DNA from: Chiloscyllium plagiosum
Taxonomy: Eukaryota
Reading direction: 5' to 3'
DNA: 21,831 nucleotides
Assembly: GCF_004010195.1 (NCBI RefSeq)
Contig: NC_057749.1
Location: forward strand, 9,746,196-9,768,026
Position numbers and translations under genes: made by a program. Each line of letters opens with the position of its first letter. Positions within the stretch are counted from its first letter, which is position 1. The notes under the pieces were generated by a model. That model ran no database searches. It was not told the DNA's origin and worked only from the letters and a program-made list of their open reading frames with translations. Below, piece after piece: positions 12,295-21,435 of the stretch.

Positions 12295-12349
12295 CTTCAT
12301 TTCACCAGGTAATGACTATTCTACCTTCATTTCACCAGGTAATGACTAT
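12295..12349. repeat. Direct repeat, 2 x 25 bp with period 30
   Basis: CTTCATTTCACCAGGTAATGACTAT occurs at 12295-12319 and 12325-12349. Confidence 0.95.
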
Positions 12350-12608
12350 CATCTTTTAATGTCCATCTGCTCTCAAGATTTTCTTTGTAGAGCGTACTAA
12401 CTTTTCCCACACTGGGCTATTTATACTCAGAAATCTGCAGCAAACTGTCATAACTGCAAGGTTGTTCCAGGGGTCCTGAAGCCTTTACACAACATTTATG
12501 CAAATCGAAGGTATCAGACATTTGGGTATCCTGATGTAATCCACATTTAAAAAGAGTGGTTGTTTTTGAGTGCTAATAATCAGTAAACTGATGCAACCAG
12601 CAATGTAG

Positions 12609-12715
12609 AGAAAATGAGGACTGCAGATGCTGGAGATCAAAGTAGAGTGTGTGGTGCTGGAAAAGAACAGCAGGTCAGGCAGCATGAACTGCTGTGCTTT
12701 TCCAGCACCACACTC
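12609..12715. mobile_element. Penelope-associated fold-back repeat
   Basis: GAGTGTGTGGTGCTGGAAAAGAACAGCAG is followed about 15 nt later by its near reverse complement, CTGCTGTGCTTTTCCAGCACCACACTC. It shares GCTGGAA.AG.ACAGCAGGTCAGGCAGCAT with 21654-21683. Confidence 0.65.
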
Positions 12716-13170
12716 GCAACCATTAATGCATCAATAACAACCTGTTATTGGCAGCATGATATGATTCGGGTTAAGCCCATGAGAAATTATTATTGTTTTG
12801 AGTTCTTATCAGAGCAGGAATGTACAAAGCACTTTTATGGTCTCCTTAGCTATTAAACAGCATGTGCACCCAGCATGACTACATTCTTCTAACTTTTCAT
12901 ATGCTTGAAGTTCTGGATACAAAGTTATTAGATGTTCCGCATTCTGATTTGTCCATTGGTATGAACCTCCAATGCTGACAAAATTTAAAGCAGTGTGCTG
13001 GAAATGGGTTGCAATGGATGGGCAGAGTTGCCATGTACCCCACAGGGGTGTCTCCGTTTCAGCTTTAGAAGAGTTCAGACCTAAATAATGAAAGAAGAGA
13101 GTGTTGGCTTGTCTTTGCCATTTTTCAAGAGCATGGCAAAGACTCTCTCTGGTTCCTCAGAACAGACACT

Positions 13171-13672
13171 TTCTCGAAGTGTTTTTAATCCTTTGGGATG
13201 CAGGTATTGCTGTATTTACCCTTGAACTGTGTGGCCTGCTCAGCCATTTCATAGGGCATCTGGAAAGCAATGGCCTAGCGCTGTTATCGCTAGACTACTA
13301 ATCGAGAAATTCAGCTAATGTTCTAGGGACCCGGGTCATGGGTTCAAATCCCACCATGACAGATAGTTTGAGTTTGCATTCAATGAAGAATGTAGAATTG
13401 AGGGTCTAATTATGATCATGAAACCATTGTTGATAGTCAGAAAGACCCATCTGGTTCACTAGTATCTTTTGGGAAAGAAAATCTTTCATCCTTACCTGGT
13501 CTGGCCTAGATGTGACTCCAGATCCACAGTAATGTGGTTGACCCTTGACAATTAGGATGGGCAAAAAAATACTGGCTTAGCCAGAGACTCCCCCATCCTG
13601 AGAGCGATTAATAAAAAAAAAGAGTTAGCCATGCTCCTGAGGGCTTGGAGTAACATGTATGGCCAGACCAGA
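13171..13672 (-). mobile_element. Older antisense copy of the same tRNA-SINE family, split in two (about 13171-13260 and 13621-13672) by copy 3
   Basis: The reverse complement of 13621-13672 (TGGTCTGGCCATACATGTTACTCCA..GGCTAACTCT) aligns with 13497-13546. The left part GCCATTTCATAGGGCA is the reverse complement of TGCCCTCTGAAATGG seen at about 8506-8520. Confidence 0.6.
13262..13621 (+). mobile_element. tRNA-derived shark SINE, copy 3 (full length)
   Basis: It has an A-box-like TGGCCTAGCG and a B box GGTTCAAATCC. The body is shared with copies 1 and 2, and it ends CCCATCCTGAGAGCGATTAATAAAAAAAAA. Confidence 0.8.
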
Positions 13673-14348
13673 TATTTGGCAGAAGGCGGTGAGTTTTGGA
13701 CTTTCCAAAATGAATTTTTCTGGCAACGCCCCAGAGCTAGTGCAGTCATTAGCCCACCCCTCGCCCCAAACCAAAAAAAACACATGCATACAGATTCCTC
13801 CACTCAGTTTCAGACAACTTTCTGCACTACAAGACCAGGTTTCAGGCAATCCAAAGAGCACCTTTGGCCAAGTTACTAGTTCTCCAGCTGAGTTTGTCTT
13901 GCTAACAATCCCTGGGAACAGGCCATTGAGTACAGTGTCCTGTTTTATGCAGCAGATAGGAATCTAGATTACTGTAAGAAAATCTTGACAGGAGAGTTTA
14001 ATGGTTGTGAGCCTGTCACAAGGAAGTGTGTCATGACTCTGAGTAGTGCATTGAAGATCATGTACAGAGACAAGATTAGATGGATGTGTTATGGGTTGGC
14101 AAGGAGCATTTCTGGCATCATTCTGGATTACAAACCACAATATGTTTTCCTTCAGTTCCCTTTTGATTCCTTTTGCCTTTTTGAGGAGGATGTGAAAGTG
14201 TGGACCGATAAATTCTAAATCAATCTTTTGTTGGTTGAGGGTTCACTCTTTCAGTCTATCTGGTTTTCCCTTTTTGCTTTCCATAAGGGAATTTGCAGGG
14301 GGAGAGAGTAACTAGCTGCCTGGAATGTTCTTTTACTGCTCCACTCAC

Positions 14349-14466
14349 CGAAGGGGAAGTGAGGGAGAGTTGTTTTCACCTTGTCAGACTGGATGTTTGT
14401 GATGTAGCCATTTGCCCAGGAACCAGTCAAGAAGTTGTTGCCATGCTGAGTACTCCTGAACTGGTC
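14349..14466 (-). CDS. Candidate exon (118 nt, phase 0 to phase 1)
   Basis: The minus strand has an acceptor TTGATTTTTCACCCAG| and a donor TCG|GTGAGT. A single frame is open (DQFRSTQHGNNFLTGSWANGYITNIQSDKVKTTLPHFPF). Its end phase is compatible with the candidate exon at 6361-6486. I do not recognise the peptide. Confidence 0.25.
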
Positions 14467-15435
14467 CTGGGTGAAAAATCAATCTCCGTTCTCACTGGCA
14501 TAACTGTTCTGAACACACCGACAGAATCAAGGTGTCGAGCTTCCCTTCTGTTTTTGCTGTGCATGTAGAATATTACTTTATTCAATGAGTTCTGTTAAGC
14601 TAATCTTTTCACAAAAGCATCTTCCACAATCTCCTGTTTAAACCAGAATAATTTCCTATTTTTAAGTACACAGTCTAACAAATAATTAGTCTTTAAAGTG
14701 TTATTGTGTGTCATTGGTGAAAAAGGCAGGTTTTCATCAGCTTGTGGATGAACTGCTAACACAACATCCTGAAACTCCCAACGTATTCTGGAGGAAGATT
14801 GATTTCCACAGTTGACATTAAGTACACTAGTTGCTATCTCCAAAATTCCACCTATATGCCATTTATGACTATTTTAAAATAAACCTAGCAATCTGGTAAC
14901 ATCATCTTTTATTCACTTAGAACCTTCAAGATAGCACACCTCCAGCTGTGCACTTCAGTGGGGCTAAGACTGATCCAGCATTCCACCACTTCTTTCCAAT
15001 GCTCGACAATTCTTCGTGTTGAACAGATGCATCTGCTGAGTAAGTTGGAAATGTTACCGGGTAGGGATGCTTCAATTTTCCATGTGCAAGTATTTTGTCT
15101 GTAATTTGCAAGTGAAAATAGTTTTCTCGATTACTGTGTCCTGGACCAAAAAGGATTTGTTTCCTGCTCGGGCCAATTTCCATATTGTAAGTGCGAGAGA
15201 AGTTACCTCTGAATGAAGTATGCTTTGCTCATCCTGAACTAATTACTGTGCAAGACTGGGACCAATCATCTAATAAGAAAAGAATTTTTTCCAATCTGTT
15301 TCCTTCCAAAGTACAAGATGCTACTTTTGTTGAGTCATATCTGAACAGAGAAGTGGTTTCATGAAACTGTAGGTTTGTTCTGAATTATGTAGTTCCGAAT
15401 TATGGGTTCAATTTTAATTTCTCTGTGTGAACTAA

Positions 15436-15477
15436 CTTTTGGCTAAGATCAAGTGTAGTATCGGTTCTTGTCAGTTT
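15436..15477 (+). ncRNA. U2 snRNA fragment (nt 14-55), not a complete gene
   Basis: CTTTTGGCTAAGATCAAGTGTAGTATCGGTTCTTGTCAGTTT matches vertebrate U2 CTTTTGGCTAAGATCAAGTGTAGTATCTGTTCTTATCAGTTT at 40 of 42 positions. It includes the branch-point recognition sequence GTAGTA at 15455-15460. Confidence 0.93.
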
Positions 15478-15620
15478 TGCGAGTCATCAGAGCTAGTGGA
15501 GATCATTGCTGATCGTGATTGGACGTTGGAGGATCGTTTGGTTGTGCTGACCTGTTACTGGTGGATCTTCATGCTGGCTTCAGCCTAACGCCAATTCAGG
15601 GACCAGCCAGCCTCCGAGCT

Positions 15621-17208
15621 ATGGCCTCAACAGCTGCTCGCAACACAGTCAGAGTGACTGTCAAGAAGGTAGAGGAGTGTACACCAGTCGATCGGACGGT
15701 GTTCGTCAAGAAGATTTTGCTTGAGTGCTGTGGGTTCGCCGCAGCGGACGTGTACTGCCTGCAGGATTTCCCTGGGGCAGGCTACTTTGACGTCACTTTC
15801 AGGAGCGTGAAGCAATGCGAGCAGCTCCTGAAGGTCTTCAAAGAAAAGGAAGGGGAGCCGCTGTTCTCCATCATGTCGGCGGTCCTGTTGTGTGTGCTTC
15901 CTGCACAGAGGAATCGGGTTGTTACAATCCACATGTACAACCCCTATGTTCCAGCAACCGATGTCCTGACGTTCCTGAGAAGATATATGCAGGTTGAGGG
16001 AGAAAGCGCCGATGTGGTTGACCCTTTCAGGATCTGGACCAGCAAACGACAGGTCAAGGTAACCCTGAGGGTTGATACCAGTGGGAACATCCTCCACCCA
16101 CTCTCCAGCTTTGCTATCGGAGGGAGCAGAGGGTACCTGACTTACGCAGGGCAGCCGAAAGTGTGCCGAACCTGCGGGAGGTCAGGCCACATGGCGGACT
16201 GCAAGGTCACGATCTGTCGGAACTGCAAGAAGGAGGGCCACCCGACCAAAGAATGCAAGGAGGCCAAGAACTGCAGTCTGTGCAGGGAGGCGGGCCATGT
16301 GTACAAGGCCTGCCCAAGACGAGAGGCCACCACCCACGCGCAGCTGGCCAGGGATGGGCCGCAAAAGGACAGCAAGGCATCACTAACCAGCAAGGGAATG
16401 GTGTCTGGGGGCACGCAAAAGGAAGGACAGGCCGGAGCAGAGCAGATGCCAGCTACCGGAGAGGTACAGCGGCTGAGCGAAGCTCCGACAGGACAGACAG
16501 AGGAGGAGGAGGAGAAGGGAAAGAAGGAGGCAGAGGAATGGATCCCAGTACAAAACAGGAGGAAGAAAAGCCGCCAAGCCACCAAAACCTCCCAGAAAAG
16601 GGGGAAACGGCAGCTGCATGGGGAAGACATGGACAGCTCTTCGGAGGGTTAGGACGGGCTCACGGAGGGTCGTCACCAAAAGAAGAGGCAGAGCGCTGCA
16701 GGGAGAAAGGAGGGCAGCACCTGCCAAACAAGGGATGAAACAAGGGGGAAATGACCACCCCCCACCAGCTGACAGCCCCTGTTGTGTGTGCTTCCTGCGC
16801 AGAGGAGTCGGGTTGTTAAGATCCACATGTACAACCCCTATGTTCCACCAACCGATGTCCTGACGTTCCTGAGAAGATATGTGCAGGTTGAGGGAGAAAG
16901 CACCGACTTGATTGACCCTTTCGGGATCTGGACCAGCAAACGACAGGTCAAGGTAACCCTGAGGGTTGATGCCAGTGGGAACATCCTCCACCCACCCTCC
17001 AGCTTTGCTATCAGAGGGAGCAGACAACGTGGACCCTGGTCCTGGCCCAATGACACCGGAGCGGGCAAATGGGCCCAGTGAGGAGCTGGACAGCTACCTC
17101 AGCCCAGCGAGGGTCCAGCAGTTCGTGTACACCATGGGGATGCAGACAGCTACTGCAGAGGGGCAGGACCAGTGGCAAATGGACGCGGGTAACCTCACAA
17201 CTTGTTAA
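15621..17208 (+). pseudogene. Tx1 ORF1 (ZCCHC3-like nucleic-acid-binding protein). Open 15621-16652, then disrupted. Probable native stop is TAA at 17206-17208
   Basis: It starts at ATG 15621 (MASTAARNTVRV), followed by an RRM-like region (YFDVTF, VTIHMYNPYV). The knuckles are CRTCGRSGHMADC (one residue short), CRNCKKEGHPTKEC and CSLCREAGHVYKAC, then an acidic/basic linker (EEWIPVQNRRKK). There is a TAG at 16650-16652 and an inserted duplicate at 16778-17024. Confidence 0.85.
16778..17024 (+). repeat. Diverged 247-bp second copy of ORF1 segment 15884-16130
   Basis: Both copies run from CCTGTTGTGTGTGCTTCCTGC to AGGGAGCAGA without gaps. I counted about 14 substitutions by hand. Confidence 0.95.
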
Positions 17209-17210
17209 AA

Positions 17211-20200
17211 ATGGGTATAAAAATTGTAAGTATTAATGTGCGCAGCATAAAATCTGCTGCGCGATGTGTTTCAACGCTGGCCTTCCTGGCCAGTGTCAAA
17301 GTCGATGTCCTGTTTCTGCAGGAGTGTGGAACACCACACCTCAGCAGTTCCAGGAGATGGTCGAGCTTGTGGGCCCATGGGCCGTCAGTTTGATCGGGGG
17401 GCAACGATAACCGCTCCTCAGGCCTGGGTATTCTGTTGCGAAGAGGCAACTCCACCACCTCCGAGGTTAAGGAGGTGGTGGGCGGGTGCCTCCTCGTTGC
17501 TGATGTTACATACAGAAACGCTCCCGTGAGACTAATCAACGTGTACGCTCCAACGGGTAAGAGTGAACGGTTGGCCGTCCTGCAACAGCTTCCATTGTTG
17601 CTGGCTACGTCCAGGCCGGTCATTCTGGCCGGAGACTTCAACTGTATCATTGATGCAGATGGAGGATCCGGCGGGGGAGGAGACAGTAAACTGGATGCCA
17701 CGTCCAGAGCCCTGATGGAAACGGTCAAAGATGCCAAGCTGCACGATGTCTTCAGCACCCCTGCAGACGGAGCGCAGCATAGATACACCTGGTCATGGGC
17801 TGACGGGTCTATCCGCTCAAGGATAGATTACATGTTTGTGTCCCGAATGTTCTCGGTCAGAACCACCGATGTCAAGCCGGTGTTCTTCTCTGGCCACTGC
17901 CTCCTGCTGTCTGACTGTCACCTACAGGCTGAGCAGCGGGCTGGTAAGGGAACGTGGAAACTGAACACTAAGCTGTTGACCCCGGGAAACATCGAGGAGC
18001 TCAAGAGGGATTACGCAGGTTGGAGAACCGCAAAGCCCCTCTTAGTCCCCAGCGGACTGGTGGGAAACAGTAGAAGGGAACATCGAGGTTCTTCATCCTC
18101 AAAGGTGTTCAGGAGGCGAGAGAGAGCGACGAGGAAAACTGTCCCAGCTCCAGGAAAGTATGCAGAACCTGCTCCTGCTGCAGACGTTGGGAGTTGATGT
18201 CAGGGAGGACCTCAAGGAGGTGAAGGGCCAGCAAGCCTCGCTCTTTGCTTCGGAGGCCTCCAAGATAATCTTCTGGCCCAGGGTCCGCTCCGTGGAGCAG
18301 GACGAGACATGCTCATGTTTCTTCTTCCAGAAGGTGCACAAAGAGAGCTCCGTGCTCAGCAGCCTGAAGGAAGAAGATGGCTCGGTAACGTCATCTCAGG
18401 CTGACATCATGAGGATCAGCAAATTCTTCTATGCCGGTCTGTATGACTCGAAGCCAACCGACAGCGCAGCCTCCCAGTCGTTCCTGTCCTCTATCACGGA
18501 GGTCTTAGACGATGGAACACGAGCGAGGCTGGACCAGCCGCTATCTCTGGATGAGCTGACCAAGGGCCTCGAGTCCTTCGAAAAGAATAAAACTCCTGGA
18601 AGCGACGGCTTACCGGTCAAGATCTATTCTGCTCTTTGGGACGATGGGCCAGGACCTGCTGGAGGTGTATGTCAGTATGCTTCAGGCAGGTACCATGAGT
18701 GAATCCATCACGAAAGGCATCATCACCCTCATCTACAAGCAGAAGGGGGAGAGGGAGGAAATTAGAAATTGGAGACCAATCTCACTGTTAAACACAGACG
18801 ACAAAATCTTGTCAAAGGTCATCGCCAACCGGGTCAGGTCTGCTCTGGGATCGGTGATTCACCCTGACCAAACCTGTGCTGTGCCGGGCAGGAAGATCAC
18901 TGAGTCTCGCACTCCTCAGGGATACGATCGCCTACGTGCAGGACAGAGGGTTGGACACCTGCCTGATCAGCTTGGACCAGGAGAAAGCCTTTGACAGGAT
19001 ATCGCATACATATATGAGGGATGTCCTCTCCAAAATGGGCTTTGGGGAGGGAATCTGCAATTGGATCAGACTGCTCTACACCAACATTGTCAGTGCAGTC
19101 TCAATCAATGGGTGGGAATCAGATAGCTTCCCTGTAAGATCTGGAGTCAGGCAGGGCTGCCCTCTCTCTCCTGCCTTGTTTGTGTGTTGCATCGAGCCAC
19201 TTGCCGAATCAATCAGGAAGGATGTGAGCCTGAGAGGGGTGACTATTCCTGGCAGTGGGGGCCTGCAGGTTAAGGCCTCCCTATACATGGATGACGTCGC
19301 CATTTTCTGCTCGGATCCGCTGTCCGTGCACAGACTCATGTGCTTCTGTGACCAGTTCGAGCGGGCCTCAGGGGCCAAGGTAAACCGAGGCAAGAACGAG
19401 GCCATGCTCTTCAGGAACTGGGCTGACCAATCCTCTAACCCCTTCACCGTCGGGACGGACCACCTGAAGGTGCTGGGTATTTGGTTCGGGGGGGCTGGGC
19501 CGTGCGCCAAGACCTGGGAGGAGCGGATCAGGAAGATGAGACAGAAACTGGGCAGATGGGAGCAACGGTCGCTCTCCATTGCCGGGAAGAACCTGGTCAT
19601 CAGGTGTGAGGTACTCTCAGTATTGTTATATGTGGCACAGGTCTGGCCTATCCCCAGAACCTTTGCTCCCGCAGTCTCCCGGGCCATCTTCCACTTCATG
19701 TGGAGATCAAAGATGGACCAGGTCAGAAGAGACACAATGTACAAAGACCTGTGCAATGGGGAAAAAACATGCCCAATGCCACCCTCGCCCTGATGGCCAC
19801 CTTTGTGTATGGCTGCATCAAGCTGTGCGTGGATCCCCGGTACACAAATACCAAGTGTCACTAAGTACTGAGGTTCTACCTGTCCCTGGTGTTGTGAAGG
19901 ATGGGCCAGGCCTCGCTGCCGCGGAACGCTCTGAGTAGTTGGACCACTCCGTTCTCTTTGTGGAGAAATTTATGAAGAAAATACCTTTGACCACAAATCC
20001 ATCAGGAAGTTGTCAGCACGTAGTGTCCTTGAGACCCTTCAGGAAAAGGAGAGGGCGGATCCTATCGAGCGGTTCCCTGAGCAGACTGTCAAAGCCATTT
20101 GGCAGAATGCCTCATCGCCAGATATTTCCAACAAGCACCAAGACATGGCTTGGCTGGTGGTGAGAAGGGCTCTGCCTGTGAGATCCTTTATGCATGCCCG

Positions 20201-20600
20201 GACTCTCAGCCGCACCGCACGCTGCCCTCAAAGCGGCTGCAGTGGGGACGAGACTGTCACACACCACCTTCTGGAATGTGCCTATGCAGAGGAAGTCTGG
20301 AGAGGAATGCAGGGGCTTGTCGAGGTTCGTCCTGAGCAGCGCCGTGACGCAGGACTCCATGCTCTGCGGCCTGTTCCCCGCGACGCACACTGAGACGAAC
20401 ATCAACTGTGCCTGGAGGATCATCAACTCGGTGAAGGACGCTCTCTGGGCCGTCCGAAACCTGTTGATCTTCCAGCTGAAGGAGTTGACCCTGACTGTTG
20501 CAGACTGGCACTTTCCAAGGTCCAGGACTACGTGTTGAGGGACGCACTGAAGCTTGGGGCAGCTGCCGTCAAGGCGTGGTGGGGAAAGACCACCGTGTAA
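17211..20600 (+). pseudogene. Tx1 ORF2: APE endonuclease, reverse transcriptase and zinc finger, disrupted
   Basis: APE motifs: SINVRSI, LFLQE, NVYAP, GDFNC, RIDY, and SGH in place of SDH. RT motifs: KTPGSDGLP, NWRPISLLN, SLDQEKAFDRI, GVRQGCPLSP, and LYMDD (YMDD at 19284-19295). The zinc finger is CPQSGC..ETVTHHLLEC and the ORF ends WGKTTV-TAA at 20598-20600. Stops occur at 17391, 19862 and 19895, plus several frameshifts. Confidence 0.93.
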
Positions 20601-20766
20601 CATCTGCCTGCCTAAGAAGAACAGGGAGTCCACGCAGTCATTTGGGCTCTGCTGATGTCTCAGCTAAAAATGTAATCGTACAGACCTGTAAATAGGAATG
20701 CACAGAAATGGAATGTTTACGTATGTATGGCATGTCCAATTGTACAGATCATCAAAGTATTTTATG

Positions 20767-20803
20767 AATAAAGTATATTTTTGAAATAAAAAAATAAAAA
20801 AAA
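20767..20803 (+). terminator. Polyadenylation signal and A-rich tail of the Tx1 element
   Basis: AATAAA lies at 20767-20772, followed by AAATAAAAAAATAAAAAAAA at 20784-20803. Confidence 0.8.
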
Positions 20804-21086
20804 CTTATAGTGACGATCTTAAGTTTACTAATTGGATAAAGATTGAATAGGGGAAAGCAGAAAATTAAATGTTTATCATGAGTTTTGAAGTATTGAAGCC
20901 TTAAAGTCAATGGATAGAGTAGTTGGTTAGTTAGTTACTGAGGCCCAATATGGATATTTAACCTTGACATTGTATTATGTGATGATGCTGCTCCTTTAAC
21001 AAGGTTAAGTTGTCGTTTTTTTTCCCCAGAAGATCATAAAGACACAGGCTCCAAAGTGTCTGGGTTGATCTACTTGAGGAAGCTTT

Positions 21087-21215
21087 GGGGATGGGCGGGG
21101 GCAGGATTGGATAGGGTTTAGGGCATGGATGGGGTTGGGCAGGGTTGGACGGGGTTGGGCAGTGTTGGATGGGGGGAGGTGTTGGACGGGATTGGGGGCA
21201 GGTGAGGGCGGGGGC
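21087..21215 (+). repeat. G-rich degenerate repeat with G-quadruplex potential
   Basis: There are more than ten GGG or longer runs with short spacers, built from units like GTTGGA(C/T)GGGG and GGGCAGG. Confidence 0.7.
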
Positions 21216-21373
21216 TCGCGCGCGCTGTGCTGCTGCCTAGTCTGAACAGGGAGCAGACTTAATAGAAAACTCCGAACTCCAGAAAAAGTCATTGAATCGA
21301 TTAACCAAATAATCAATTATCCGAGCGAAATAGTTCCCACCCATCTCGTTCGGATAATCGAGGTTGCCCTATA
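21216..21373. mobile_element. Right end of a Tigger-like non-autonomous DNA transposon
   Basis: It has a subterminal inverted pair ATTATCCGA..TCGGATAAT and ends CGGATAATCGAGGTTGCCCTATA, resembling Tigger/pogo ends (..CGAGGT...CTG-TA). I did not find a matching left TIR. Confidence 0.45.
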
Positions 21374-21435
21374 AATCTTTTCCAGTCTGTGTTACTCATG
21401 TCACTGAACACCTCCATTTATCAAGTGTTGCAAAT

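Larger units (their letters stand above)
15436..20803 (+). mobile_element. Tx1-clade non-LTR retrotransposon, Keno-like (U2 snRNA-associated), near full length and inactivated
   Basis: There is a sharp shift to GC-rich sequence. The order is U2 fragment, 5' UTR, ORF1 (3 CCHC), ORF2 (APE, RT with YMDD, C-terminal zinc finger), 3' UTR with AATAAA, and A-rich tail. Multiple stops and frameshifts are present. Confidence 0.92.

Noticed and set aside
1115..14218. Short ORFs of 60-130 aa in the ORF track
   Set aside because: Most lie in SINE or LINE remnants or AT-rich DNA, many start at non-ATG codons, and none has a domain signature except the CR1 C-terminus at 2094-2312.
14921..15039. Plus-strand exon candidate (TTCACTTAG acceptor, TGA|GTAAGT donor)
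   Set aside because: One frame is open, but the peptide is unrecognisable and no partner exon was found. It is consistent with a chance pseudo-exon.
15207..15269. Minus-strand 63-nt exon candidate (TTCTTTTCTTATTAG acceptor, GAG|GTAACT donor)
   Set aside because: All three frames contain stops. It could only be non-coding and has no other support.
15436..15477. Functional U2 snRNA gene
   Set aside because: Only nt 14-55 are present. There is no 5' end, Sm site or 3' stem-loops.
15519..15620. N-terminal extension of ORF1 in the ORF track
   Set aside because: It starts at TTG and lies in the probable 5' UTR. The first in-frame ATG, at 15621, fits the ORF1 start.
15627..20633. Long antisense and alternative-frame ORFs (for example 16383-17027, 17195-17788, 19076-19861)
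   Set aside because: These are shadow ORFs of GC-rich retrotransposon coding sequence with no recognisable motifs.
20978..21075. Possible LTR 5' fragment starting TGTGATGATG
   Set aside because: It rests only on vague resemblance, with no second copy or terminal motif in the window.
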